Assembly (NCBI GenBank): GCA_030390025.1
Contig: CM059431.1
Span: forward strand, 139,440,001 to 139,504,000
Direction of reading: 5' to 3'
DNA: 64,000 bases
Source of the DNA: Squalus acanthias
Taxonomy: Eukaryota
The notes below the pieces were generated by a model. It did no database searches, was not told the DNA's origin, and worked only from the letters and a program-made list of their open reading frames with translations. A program made the position numbers and the translations under genes. Of this stretch, positions 1-14,255 are shown in pieces (position 1 is the first letter of the stretch; each line of letters opens with the position of its first letter).

Positions 1-923
1 TTGCTGATGACACAAAGCTAGTTGGCAGTGTCAGTTGCGAAGAGGGTATGAAGTGGATTCAAGGGGATCTCGACAGGCTCAGTGAGTGGGCGAGATGATG
101 GCAGGTGGATAAATGTGAAGTTATCAACTTTGGCAGAAAAAAACAGAAAGGTAGAGTATTTCCTAAATGGTGAAAGATTGGGGAATGCAGATTCTCAAAG
201 GGACCTGGGTGTCCTTGTACATGAGTCGCTGCAAGTGAATGTGTTGGTGCAGCAAGCCATTAGGAAGCCAAATGGTATGCTGGCCTTCATAACAGGAGGG
301 TTTGAATACAGGAGTAAAGGAGTCTTACTCCAATTATATAAGGCCTTGGTGAGACGACACCTGGAGTATTGTGTACAATTTTGGTCTCCATACCTCAGGT
401 AGGATATGCTTGCCATAGAGGGAGTGCAATGAAGGTTCACGATATTGATTCCTGGGATGGCGGGACTGTCGAATGAGAAAAGATTGAGTAAACTAGGCCT
501 GTATTCTCTTGAATTCAGAAGAATGAGAGGGCATCACATTGAAGCATACACAATTATTACAGTGCCTGAAATGGTGGATGCTTGGAGAATGTTTCCCTGA
601 GCTGGGGAGTCTAGAATTAGGCACCACTGCCTCAGGATAAAGGGTAGGCTATTCAGGACTGGGATGAGAAGACATTTCTTCACACAGAGGGTGGTGAATC
701 TTTGGAATTCTCTACCCCAGAGGTCTGTGAAGGCTTAGTCATTGGGTATATTCAAAACAGAAGTCGATAGATTTCTGATTATCAAGGGTATATAGGGATA
801 TGGCGATAGGGCCGGTAAAAGGAGTTGAGGCAGAAGATCAGCCATGATCTCATTGAATGGTGCAGCAGGCTCGAAGGGCCGAATGGCCTACTCCTGCTCC
901 TATGTTCTTATGTTCTTATGTTC
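1..923 (+). mobile_element. CR1-clade LINE, 3' fragment (degenerate ORF2 C-terminus, 3' UTR, (TATGTTCT)n tail)
   Basis: Starts with degenerate ADDTKL; ORF 82-402 has QRDLGVLVH..LYKALVR.HLEYCVQFWSPYL; CR1 3' UTR GATCAGCCATGATC..GGCCTACTCCTGCTCC; tail tatgttcttatgttcttatgttc at 901-923. Confidence 0.93.
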
Positions 924-1208
924 AACCACATTGCTGACCCATGTGGGTCTTGAGTCACATATTGGCCGGACCAAGTAAGGTAGTTTCCTTCCCTAAAGGA
1001 CATTAATGAACCAGATTTATTTTTACGACAATCCAATAGTTTCATGGTTACCATTACTGATACAAGTTTTTTTTACACTAGATTTATTTATCTAACTGAA
1101 TTGAAATTCCCCAGCTGTCGTGATGGAATTTGAACTCGCGTCTCTGGATCATTAGCCCAGGCCTCTGAATTACTAACCCAGTAAAATTACCACAATGCAA
1201 CCGTTCCC
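924..1208 (-). mobile_element. tRNA-derived SINE, 3' end truncated by the CR1
   Basis: Minus strand starts gggaacggttgcattgtggtaa (A-box-like), then GAGTTCAAATTCC (B-box-like); body CTGGTTCATTAATGTCCTTTAGGGAAGGAAA..CAGCAATGTGGTT is recognisable from fish/shark SINEs. Confidence 0.75.
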
Positions 1209-1227
1209 TTGTATAAAAAACTAGTAT

Positions 1228-1590
1228 AAACACAACAGAAACAACTTGCATTTCCCCAGCTTTTTAAACGTAGAAAAACATCACAAGGCGCTTCACAGGA
1301 AACGAATCAGACAAAAGCTGGGCGCTGAATAAAGGAGGAGGAGGGGGGCTCAGAACATTGTTCAAAGAAGTGAGTTTCAGGAGGGTCTTAAAAGGGAGGA
1401 GAAGGAGCTGGAGAGGCTGAGGTGGGGAATTGCAGAGCAGAGAGCCTGGACAGCTGAAAGCACGGCCGCCATTGAAAGGGTGAGGAGAGGGTGAAATACA
1501 CAACAGAACAGAGACAGAGGAACAGAGAGATCTTGGAGGTGGGGGCTTGTAGGGCTGGAGGAGGTTCCAGAGACAGGACCATAAAAGGAT
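1228..1590 (-). mobile_element. L2 LINE 3' end fragment (part of module copy 1)
   Basis: Minus strand ends TGTGAAGCGCCTTGTGATGTTTTTCTACGTTTAAA..AATGCAAGTTG, an L2-type 3' terminus; closely similar copy at 39408-39765. Confidence 0.75.
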
Positions 1591-1833
1591 CTTTCCTTTG
1601 ATGTGAGGCTCTGTAACCAGGAGCTTGCATTCTTACTGACCCTGTACAGTTCACAGATGTTCCCATTAGGTTGTGCGACTGCACAGCGTTCAGCATGTTC
1701 CCCCGCAGTCGGCTCACCCGATTTTAAAATCGAAAGAACAGCGCTTGATTGGTATTTTCAATGGGTCTCATTGCCCATTAAAGGCATTGCGCACCCAAAA
1801 AAAATAAAAGGAAACTTTGCAATTTGAATTTAA

Positions 1834-4800
1834 ACCCCACACTGACACCTCATATACCCAGCCCCACAACCCACTGACCCAACCCCACAACGACAAACCA
1901 CTGATCCAGTCCTACACCGAAATACCACAGCCCCACATCACACAAATCAAGCTCCATACCGAGACCCTGCTAAACCAGCCACACACCGGCACCCAACTGA
2001 ACTAGAGCTGCTCCGAGACCCCACTGACCCAGCCCCTCACCCCACAGAGCAAGCTCCATACCGGCACCCAACTTATCCAGACCCAAACCGGCACCCAACT
2101 CACCCAGCCCCACACCGACACCCCACTGACCCAGTCCCACACCGACACCGCACTGACCCAGCACTACACCCACACCCCACTGACCCAGCACCACACCCAC
2201 ACCCAACTGACTCAGCCCCACAACGACACCGCACTGACCCAGACCCACACATCTACCCCAATGACCTAGTCCCACACAGACATCCCAATGACCCAACACC
2301 ACAAAACACCACACTGACCCAGCCCCACACACACACCCCAATGATCCAGCCCCACACCGACACCCCACTGACCCAGCCCCACACAGATATCCCACTGACC
2401 CAGCCTCACACCCCACTGACCCAGCCCCACACCAAAACCTTCACTGACCCAGCCCCACACCCACACATCACTGACCCAGCCCCACACCCCACTGACCCAG
2501 CCCCACACCCCACAAACCCAGCCCCAGACACACACCCCACTGACCCAGCCCCACACCCACACCCCACTGACCCAGCACCACACCTCACTGATCCAACACC
2601 ACACCCTCACCCAACTGACCCAGACCAAAAACCAGACACCCCACTGACCCAGCCCCACACCCACACACCACTGACCCAGCCCCACACCCACAGCCCCCTC
2701 CCCATCCCCACACCCACACCCCACTGACCCAGCCCCACACCCATACACCAGTGACACAGACCCAACTGACACCCACTGACCCAGCCCCACATCCACACCA
2801 ATCTGACCCAGCCACACACTGACACCCCACTGACCCAGCCCCACACACACCCCGCTGTCCCAGACCCACACCCACACCCCACTGACACAACCTGACACCC
2901 AACTGACCCAGCCGCTCACCCACACCCCACTGACCCAGCCGCACACCCCACTGACCCAGCCCCACACTGACACCCACATACGCAGCCCTACTCCCACACC
3001 CCACTGACCCAGCCCCACACTGACACCCACATACGCAGCCCTACTCCCACACCCCACTGACCCAGCCCCACACCCAAAGCTCACTGACCCAGCCCCACAA
3101 CCACACCCCACTGGCTCAGCCCTCCAACGACACCACACTGACCCAGGCCCACACCCCACTGACCCAGCCCCACACACCACTGACAAAGCCCACACCACAA
3201 AGATCCAGCCCCAAACTGACTCCACACTGACCCAGCCCCGCACCCACACTCCACTGACCCAGCCAAACACATACACCTCAATGACCCAGCCCGACACTGA
3301 TACCCCACTGATCTAACCAGACACCCCACTGACCCAGCCATACACTGACACCCCACTGGCCTAGCCAAACACCCACACCCAACTGACCCAGCCCCACACT
3401 GAAACCCCATGACCCAGCCACACACCCACACCACACTGACCCAGCTCCACAATGATAACCCACTGACCTAGCCAGACACCCCACTGACCAAGCCACACAC
3501 AGACACCCACTGACCCAGTCCCACACCACACTGACCAAGCCCCACACTGACACCCCACTGACACAGGCCCACACCGAAACCCCACTGACCCAGCCCCACA
3601 ATGACACCCCACTGACCCAGCCCCACACTGACACCCCACTGATCCAACCCCACACTGACACCTCACCGACCCAGCCACACACCCACATCCCACTGACCCA
3701 GCCCCACACGCAAACCCAACTGACCAAGGCCCACACCCACACCCCACTGACCCAGCCTCACACCCCACTGACCGAGCCCCACACCCACAACCCACTGACC
3801 CAGCCCCACACACACACCCCACTGACTCAGCCCTACACACACACCCCACTGACTCAGCCCTACACACACGCCCCACTGATCCAGCCCCACACAGACACAC
3901 AACACCGACCCAGCACCACATCGGCACCCGACTGAGCCAGCCACACACCCCACTGACCCAGCCCCACACCCCACTTAACCAAGCAACACCCACACCACAC
4001 TGACACAGCCCCACACCGACACCCCACTGACCCAAACCCACACACACACCCCCTGACCCAGCCCCAGACCCACACCCCACTGACCCAGCCCCACACCGAC
4101 ATCCCACAGCCCCGCCTCACACTGACACCCCAGTGACCTAGCCACACACCGACAGCCCACTGACTCATCCCTACACACCACTGACCCAGCCCCACACAGA
4201 CACACCACTGACCCAGCAACACATCGGCACCCCACTGTCCCAGCCACATACCCACACCCCACTGACCCAGTTCCACACCCACACCCCACTGACCCAGCCC
4301 CACACACCACTTACCCACCGCAAACCCAAACCAACTGACCCAGCCCCACACCCACACCCCCATCTCCCATACCCACACCCGCACCCCACTGACCCAGACC
4401 CACACCCACACCGCCCTGACCCATCCCCACACGCACACCCAACTGACTCAACCCCACACCCACACCCCACCGACCCAGACCCACACCCACACCCCCATGT
4501 CCCATCCCCACACCCACATCCAACTGAACCAGCCCCACACCCACACCCTACTCACGCAGCCACACATACACACCCCACTGACCAAGCCACACACCCATAC
4601 TCCACTGACCCAGCCCCACACCCACATACCACTGACCCAAACCCACACCACACTGACCCAGCCCCACATCAACGCCCCACTGACCCAGCCACACACTGAC
4701 ACGCCACTGACCAGCCCCACACCCCACTAACCCAACCCCACACCCCAAACACCAAGCCCCACACTGACACCACACTGACCCAGCCCCACACCCACACTGC

Positions 4801-7800
4801 ACTGACCCAGCCCCATACTGATACCCCACTGAACCAGCCACACACCCACACCACAATGACCCCGCCGCACACTTCTACCCCACTGACATAGCCAGACACC
4901 ACAGTAACCTAGCCAGAAACCCACACCCCACTGAACGAGCCCCACACTGACACCCCAACGACCCAGACACTCACCCACACCCAACTGATCCAGTCCCACA
5001 CTGACACCCCACTGACCCAGCCCCACACCTCACTGACCCAGCCACACTCTCAAACCCAACTGACCCAGCCCCACACTGACACCCCACTGACCCAGCCCCA
5101 CACCGACACCCCACTGAGACACCACCACACTGAAACCCCACTGGCCCAGGCCCACACACATACCTCACTGATCCTGCCTTAAACCCACAACCCACTGACC
5201 CAGCCCCTCACCGACACCCGACTGACCCAGCCCCAGGCACAAACCCCACTGACCCAGCCACACACATACACCCCACTGTCCCAGCCCCACACCCAACTGA
5301 CCCAGCCCCACACCCCACTGACCCAGTCCCACACCCCACTTAACCAAGCCAAACCCACACCACACTGACCCAGCACCACACCCACACCCCACTGACCCAG
5401 CCCCACACACACACCCCACTGACCCAGCCCCACACACACACCCCACTAACCCAACCCCACACAATCAGCCCCCGGACCCAGCCCCACACCCACACCCCAC
5501 TGACCCAGCCCCACACCGACTACGACAGACCCAGCCCCACACTGACACCCCAGTGACCTAGCCACACACCCACAACCCACTGACTCATCCCTACACACCA
5601 CTGACCCAGCCCCACACAGACACAACACTGACCCAGCAACACATCGGCACCCCACTGTCCACTGCCGCATACCCACACCACACTGACCCAGCCCGACGCC
5701 CACACCCCACTGACCCAGCCGCACACCCTCACCCCACTGATCCAGCCACACACCACACTGACCCAGCCCCACACTCCACTTACCCACCACACACCCAAAC
5801 CAACTGACCCAGCCCCACAACCACACCCCCATGAGCCATATCCACACCAACACCCCACTGACCCAGACCCACACCCACACTCCCCTGACCAATCCCCACA
5901 CCCACTGACCCAGCCACACACATACACCCCACTGTCCCAGCACCACACCCAACTGACCCAGCCCCACACCCCACTTAACCAAGCCACACACCCCCACCCC
6001 ACTGACCCAGCCCCACACAAACACCCCACTGACCCAGACTCACACACACACCTCCCTGACCCATCCCCACACCCAACTGACCCAGCCCCACACCCACACC
6101 CCACTGACCCAGCCACACACCCACACCCCACTGACCCGGCCCCACACCCACACACCACTGACCCAGCCACACACCCACACCCCACTGACCCAGCCCCACA
6201 CAAACACCCCACTGACCCAGACTCACACACACACCTCCCTGACCCATCCCCACACCCAACTGACCCAGCCCCACACCCACACCCCACTGACCCAGCCACA
6301 CACCCACACCCCACTGACCCGGCCCCACACCCACACACCACTGACCCAGCCACACACCCACACCCCACTGACCAAGCCCCACACCCACATACCACTGACC
6401 CAACCCCACACCACACTGACCCAGCCCCACACCCACACCCCACTGACCCAGCCCCACACCCACATACCACTGACCCAACCCCACACCCCACTGACCCAGC
6501 CCCACACTGACACCCCACTGACCCAGCCACACACACACCCCACTGACCCAGCCACACACACATACCCCACTGACCCAGGCCCACACTCTCACCCCACTGA
6601 CCCAGCCCCACACCCACACCCAACTGACCCAGCCCCAAACCGACACGCCACCGACCCAGCCCCACACCGATACCCCACTGACCCAGCCCCACACCCCACT
6701 GACCCAGCCCCAGACTGACAACCCACTGACCCAACCCCACACGCACACCCAACTGACCCAGCGCAAAATCAACACAACACTGACCCAACCCCACACCGAT
6801 ACCCCACTGACCAAGCCCCACACCCAAACCCCACTGACCCAGCCCCACACGCCACTGACCCAGCCCCACACCCCACTGACCCAGAACCACACGCCACTTC
6901 CCCACCCCACATCCACACCGAACTGACCCAGACCCACACCAGACACCCCACTGACACAGCCACACACCCAAACCCCACTGACCTAGCCCCACACCCAAAC
7001 CCCACTGACCCAGACCCAAACTGACACCCCCCTGACCCAGCCCCACACCCACACCCCACTGACCCAGCCCCACACCGACTACCACTGACCCAGCCCCACA
7101 CTGACACCCCAGTGACCTTGCCACACACCCACACCCCACTGACTCATCCCTACACACCACTGACCCAGCCCCACACAGACACCACACTGACCCAGCAACA
7201 CATCGGCACCCCACTGTCCACAGCCGCATACCCACACCCCACTGACCCAGCCCCACACCCACACCCCACTGACCCAGCCGCACACCCTCACCCCACTGAC
7301 CCAGCCCCACACCCCACTTACCCACCACACACCCAAACCAACTGACCCAGCCCCACACATACACAACACTGACCCAGCCACACACATACACAACACTGAC
7401 CCAGCAAGCATCGGCACCCCACTGTCCACAGCCGCATACCCACACCCCACTGACCCAGCCCCACACCCAAACCCCACTGATCCAGCCCAACACCCCACTG
7501 ACCCAGCCCCACACCCCACTTACCCACCACACACCCAAACCAACTGACCCAGCCCCACAACCACACCCCCATGACCCATATCCACACCAACACCCCACTG
7601 ACCCAGACCCACACCCACACCCCCCTGACCCATCCACACATCCAACTGACCCAGCCCCACACCCATACCCCACTGACCCAGCCACACACCCACACCCCAC
7701 TGACCAAGCCACACACCCACACCCCACTGACCCAGACCCACACCCACATAACACTGACCCAACCCCACACTCACACCCCACTGAACCAACTACAATGACA

Positions 7801-10800
7801 CCTACTGACCGAGCCCCACATCCACGCCCCACTGACCCAGCCACACACTGACACGCCACTGACCAAGCCCCACACCCCACTGACCCAGCCACACACACAT
7901 ACCCCACTGACCCAGGCCCACACTCTCAACCCACTGACCCAGCCACACACACATACCCCACTGACCCAGGCCCACACTCACATCCCACTGACCCAGCCCC
8001 AAACCCACACGCCACCGACCCAGCCCCACACGCCACTGACCCAGCCCCACACCCCACTGACCCAGAACCACACGCCACTTCCCCACCCCACATCCACACC
8101 GAACTGACCCAGACCCACACCAGACACCCCACTGACACAGCCACACACCCAAACCCCACTGACCTAGCCCCACACCCAAACCCCACTGACCCAGACCCAA
8201 ACTGACACCCCCCTGACCCAGCCCCACACCCACACCCCACTGACCCAGCCCCACACCGACTACCACTGACCCAGCCCCACACTGACACCCCAGTGACCTT
8301 GCCACACACCCACACCCCACTGACTCATCCCTACACACCACTGACCCAGCCCCACACAGACACCACACTGACCCAGCAACACATCGGCACCCCACTGTCC
8401 ACAGCCGCATACCCACACCCCACTGACCCAGCCCCACACCCACACCCCACTGACCCAGCCGCACACCCTCACCCCACTGACCCAGCCCCACACCCCACTT
8501 ACCCACCACACACCCAAACCAACTGACCCAGCCCCACACATACACAACACTGACCCAGCCACACACATACACAACACTGACCCAGCAAGCATCGGCACCC
8601 CACTGTCCACAGCCGCATACCCACACCCCACTGACCCAGCCCCACACCCAAACCCCACTGATCCAGCCCAACACCCCACTGACCCAGCCCCACACCCCAC
8701 TTACCCACCACACACCCAAACCAACTGACCCAGCCCCACAACCACACCCCCATGACCCATATCCACACCAACACCCCACTGACCCAGACCCACACCCACA
8801 CCCCCCTGACCCATCCCCACATCCAACTGACCCAGCCCCACACCCATACCCCACTGACCCAGCCACACACCCACACCCCACTGACCAAGCCACACACCCA
8901 CACCCCACTGACCCAGCCCCACACCCACATAACACTGACCCAACCCCACACTCACACCACACTGAACCAACTACAATGACACCTACTGACCGAGCCCCAC
9001 ATCCACGCCCCACTGACCCAGCCACACACTGACACGCCACTGACCAAGCCCCACACCCCACTGACCCAGCCACACACACATACCCCACTGACCCAGGCCC
9101 ACACTCTCAACCCACTGACCCAGCCACACACACATACCCCACTGACCCAGGCCCACACTCACATCCCACTGACCCAGCCCCAAACCCACACGCCACCGAC
9201 CCAGCCCCACACCGATACCCCACTGACCAAGCCGCACACCCCACTGACCCAGCCCCACACACATACCCCACTGACCCAGGCCCACACTCACATCCCACTG
9301 ACCCAGCCCCAAACCCACACGCCACCGACCCAGCCCCACACCGATACCCCACTGACCAAGCCCCACACCCCACTGACCCAGCCCCACACACATACCCCAC
9401 TGACCCAGGCCCACACTCACATCCCACTGACCCAGCCCCAAACCCACACGCCACCGACCCAGCCCCACACCCAAACCCCACTGACCCAGCCCCACACCTC
9501 ACTGACCCAGCCCCAGACTGACAACCCACTGACCCAGCCCCAAATCCACACGACACTGACCCAACCCCACACCGATACCCCATTGACCAAGCCCCACACC
9601 CAAACCCTACTGACCCAGCCCCACACCCCACTGATCCAGCCCCACACCCCACTGACCCAGAACCACAAGCCACTTCCCCACACCACATCCACACCGAACT
9701 GACCCAGACCCACACCAGACACCCCACTGACACAGCCACACACCGAAACCCCACTGACCTAGCCCCACACCCACACCCCACTGACCCAGTCCCACACTGA
9801 CACCCCACTACCCCAGCCCCACACCGAAAACAAACTGAACCAGACACACACCGACACCCCACTGACCCAGCCCCACACCCACACACCAGAGACCCAACCC
9901 CACACCCAAACTCGACTGACGCAGGCATACACCCACACCCCACTGACCCAGCCCCACACCCATACCCCCTGACCCATCCCGACAACCACACCTCACTGAG
10001 CGAGCCCCACACCCACACACCACTGCCCCAGCCCCACACTGACACCCCACTGACACAGCCCCACACCGACACCCCACTGTCCCATCCCCACACCCACACC
10101 CCACTGACCCAGCCCCACACCCACACACCAGAGACCCAACCCCACACTGACAACCCACTGACCCAGCCCCACACTGACACGGCACTGACACAGCCCCACA
10201 CCCCACTGACCAAGCCTCACACACACACCCAACTGTCCCAGCCCCACACTGGCACCCCACTAACCCAGCCCCACACCCACACACAACTGACCCAGTCCCG
10301 CACCCAAACCCCACTGATCCAGCCCCACACCCACACGCCACTGACCCAGCCCCACAGCGACAACCCACTGACCCAAACCGACAGACCACTAACCCAGCCC
10401 CACACTGACACCCACTGACCCAGCCCTAATCCAAAACCCCACTGACCCAGCCCCACACTGACACCCCACACTGACACCCCACTGACCCAGCCGCACAGCC
10501 CAAAGATCCAGACCCACAATGACACCACACTGACCCAGCCCCTCACACACAGCTCACTGACCCAGCCCCACACCCACACCCCACTGACTCAGCCCTACTC
10601 CGACACCACACTGACACAGCCCCACATCCCTCTGACCCAGCCCCACACCCCACTGACCCAGCCCCACACCACAAACACCAAGCCCCACACTGACACCACA
10701 CTGATCCAGCCCCACACCCACACTCCACTGACCCAGCCCCATACTGATACCCCACTGAACCAGCCACACACCCACACCACAATGACCCAGCCGCACACTG

Positions 10801-12600
10801 CTACCCCACTGACATAGCCAGACACCCCAGTGACCTAGCCAGACACCCACACCCCACTGACCGATGCCCACACAGACACCCCACCGACCCAGCCACTCAC
10901 CCACACCCAACTGATCCAGTCCCAAGCTGACACCCCACTGACCCAGCCCCACAATGACACCCCACTGACCCAGCCCCACACCGACACCCCACTGAGACAC
11001 CACCACACTGAAAACCCACTGGCCCAGGCCCACACACATACCCCACTGATCCAGCCTTAAACCCACAACCCACTGACCCAGCCCCACACCGACACCCCAC
11101 TGACCCAGCCCCAGGCACAAACCCCACTGACCCAGACACTCACCTACACCCCACTGTCCCAGCCCCACACCCACACTTCACTGAACCAGCCCACACCGAC
11201 ACCCGACTGAACCAGCCCCACACCGACACCACACTGACCCAGCCCAACACCCACACCCCACCGACGCAGCCACACACTTACACCCCACTGACCCAGCCCA
11301 ACACCCAGACCCCACTGACCCAGCCCCACACCCACATCCAACTGACCCAGCCCCACACTGACACCCCACACTGACACCTCCCTGACCCAGCCGCACAGCC
11401 CAAAGATCCAGCCCCACAATGACACCACACTGACCCAGCCCCTCACACACAGCTCACTGACCCAGCCCCACACCCACACCCCACTGACTCAGCCCTACTC
11501 CGACACCACACTGACACAGCCCCACACCCGTCTGACCCAGCCCCACACCCCACTGACCCAGCCCCACACCCCAAACACCAAGCCCCACAATGACACCACA
11601 CTGATCCAGCCCCACGCCCACACTCCACTGACCCACCCCATACTGATACTCCACTGAACCAGCCACACACCCACGCCACAATGACCCAGCCGCACACTGC
11701 TACCCCACTGACATAGCCAGACACCCTACCGACCCAACCACTCACCCACACCCAACTGATCCAGTCCCACACTGGCACCCCACTGACCTAGCCCCACTCT
11801 GACACCCCACTGACCCAGTCCCACACCCCACTGACCCAGCCCCACAATGACACCCCACTGAGCCAGTCCCCACACCGACACCCCACTGAGGCACCACCAC
11901 ACTGAAACCCCACTGGCCCAGGCCCACACACGTACCCCACTGATCCAGACTTAAACCCACAACCCACTGACCCAGCCACACACCTACACCCCACTGTCCC
12001 AGCCCCACACCCACACTTCACTGAACCAGCCCACACCGACACCCGACTCAACCAACCCCACACCGACACCCCACTGACCCAGCCCCACACCCACACCCCA
12101 CTGACGCAGCCACACAACTACACCCCACTGACCCAGCCCCACACCCACATCCAACTGACCCAGATCCACACCCACACCCCACCGACCCAGCCACACACCT
12201 ACACCCCACTGACCCAGCCCCACACCCAGACGCAACTGACCCATCCCCACACCCACACCCCACTGACTCAGCCCCGCACCGACACCCCACTGACCCAGCC
12301 CCACACCACACACCCCACCGACCCAGCCCCACACCCCACTGACCCAGCCCCACACCCACACCCCACTGACCCAGCCCCACACACACACCCCACTGACGCA
12401 GCTCCACAATGATACCCCACTGACCCAGCCCCACACACACCCCACTGACCCAGCTCCACAATGATACCCCACTGAACTAGCCAGACACCCAAACCGCACT
12501 GACCCAGCCACACACCGACACCCCATTGACCCAGACCCCCACTGCCACCCCACAGACCCAGCCCCACACCCGACAGACACCCCAGCCCTACCCTGAAACC
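1834..12600. repeat. C-rich minisatellite array 1, mixed 21/27-bp units CCCCACTGACCCAGCCCCACA(CCCACA), ~10.8 kb
   Basis: Directly visible; invariant core ACTGACCCAG; internal block duplications such as a 1181-bp offset. Confidence 0.97.
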
Positions 12601-12644
12601 ACACTGAAATGTTAGGTTGCTAAAAATAGTAACCTCGTCCTTAC

Positions 12645-12788
12645 CATTTAAGAGTCTGAATAAACTGCATCCCGCTACAAATTGCTCCACTGCCTGTTCT
12701 CTTCTCTTCTATCCCGAGTGGCCATCATGTCCTTGGACAGCTGGCAATCGTCGAAAATGCAGCATCTCGGCAGTTGTTGGGCTTCGAA
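12645..12788 (-). other. Putative non-coding exon 2 (144 bp), copy 1
   Basis: Minus strand: pyrimidine tract CCTTTCTCTCCCTGACCTGCTGTTCACAG| acceptor and AATG|GTAAGG donor; stops in all three frames; conserved in two paralogs. Confidence 0.62.
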
Positions 12789-13159
12789 CTGTGAACAGCA
12801 GGTCAGGGAGAGAAAGGTCAGGTATATTACCCATCTGGGCATTATAGCAACTTGTAGTTAGTTTATTAATGCAGTAGGTTATAGACATATACACATGGCC
12901 TACAGATTTCAGGGATTAAACTAATGAGGCAAGTTTATTAATATCGGAGTGTCCATGCATTTGTGGTTAGTTTATTGTTGCACAGGTTTAAACCCAATTG
13001 AGTTAGAATAACTAATTTGCTAATGATTCACAGAGGCCTAGAGGGACTGGTATCGAAACTCGCTGTGAAGACCAGAATAGGAGATGTAGTTACTTATTTA
13101 GAAGATCTGTAATTATACTCGGAGTGCAAGTGGGCTCGGTGCTGTGGAAGAGCAGAGAG

Positions 13160-13540
13160 ATTCGGGGATACAGATTGAAAGGACATTAAAAGCAACACCT
13201 CAGTTTGAGAAAGTCCTAAAGAAGCTGCTGAAATTCTATGTTTAAGCGCGAGGTATAGAATATAGAACCCAGAAGTTGGCGATGACCCTATATAAAGCTT
13301 TAATAAGACCTCAGTTAGAGTTTTGTGTGCAGTATTGAGCTCCACACTATAGGAAGGGTGGAGACTTTAGAGAGGGTTAAACACAGAATTACTGAGGCGC
13401 TGCCTGGTAAGAGGAACCACAAATATGCAGATATCTTGAGCGTTGGTGCTTCTTTTGGTGAAAACAAAGCAGATTGTTGGGCGATATGATAGAATGTTTT
13501 ACATTCATGACACGATGGGACAAGGTTGCTGCAGGCTGTA
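13160..13540 (+). mobile_element. Old CR1 ORF2 fragment (paralogs ~28340-28610 and ~41050-41430)
   Basis: Degenerate LYKALIRPQLEFCVQY..PHYRK coding signature. Confidence 0.7.
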
Positions 13541-13594
13541 ACTATTTAGGTTAGATTAATAAGACCAGATGTGTTAAACATTAACAGAGTATCG

Positions 13595-13850
13595 TGCCTG
13601 TTGGTAATTTCTGTAGTTAGTTGTTAGCAACAGAGTAGTGATGGGGCTCTATGGATAATGTGAGTAATTATTTTCATTTATAGATTAGTAATGGAGACCC
13701 GCCTACCTTTTCATAATTTGAGTCGATTCTTTCTATGTAAAGATTAGTGATGGGACTCTCCTACCTGTTGTTAATCTGAGTAGTGAGTTTTTGTATAAAG
13801 AGCAGTGATGGAATCCTGCCACCTGATGGTAATTTGAGAGTCGGTGGTGT
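13595..13850. repeat. Diverged ~60-bp tandem repeat, ~4 units (GATTAGTRATGG..CCTACCT..TAATYTGAG); paralogs ~28670-28825 and ~41490-41740
   Basis: Recurring agtRatgg / taatttgag motifs at ~60-bp spacing. Confidence 0.65.
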
Positions 13851-14060
13851 AACTGATGGAGACCAGCAGTGGGTTAAGTCTCGATATCCCCTGTCTAAAA
13901 TGGACTGCCCTCAGTCACAGTCTGAGCCCACACTCACAGAATAGCCGCATCCCCGGCGCTGGCGAACACATCCGTCCGCGGGATACTGGCCGTAGAGAGG
14001 AAGGGAGAAAATAAAATCATAAAACACAGGAATGAAGCTTCGAGGCTACATTAACCTTAC

Positions 14061-14255
14061 CTTGATCCCGCAAGAAGATTCTGTCACTATTTCCGTGTAG
14101 ATTTTGCGAGTTATATCCTTGTTATTTCACTGCATCCAATCAGGTAGAAGTTCCTTGTTTGATTTTAGCAAGTCACAACTTGTGAATTTGATCTGATCTT
14201 TGTTTTGTGAGACTCAGAGCTCCGCCCTCTGTGTGAAAGCTGCTGCCCGCCCTCA
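14061..14255 (-). promoter_or_regulatory. Putative Pol II promoter plus short first exon, copy 1
   Basis: GC boxes CCGCCC at 14222-14227 and 14247-14252, CCAAT at 14136-14140, TATA-like GGATATAAC (minus) at 14110-14118, donor AAG|GTAAGG with GT at 14060-14059. Confidence 0.5.
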
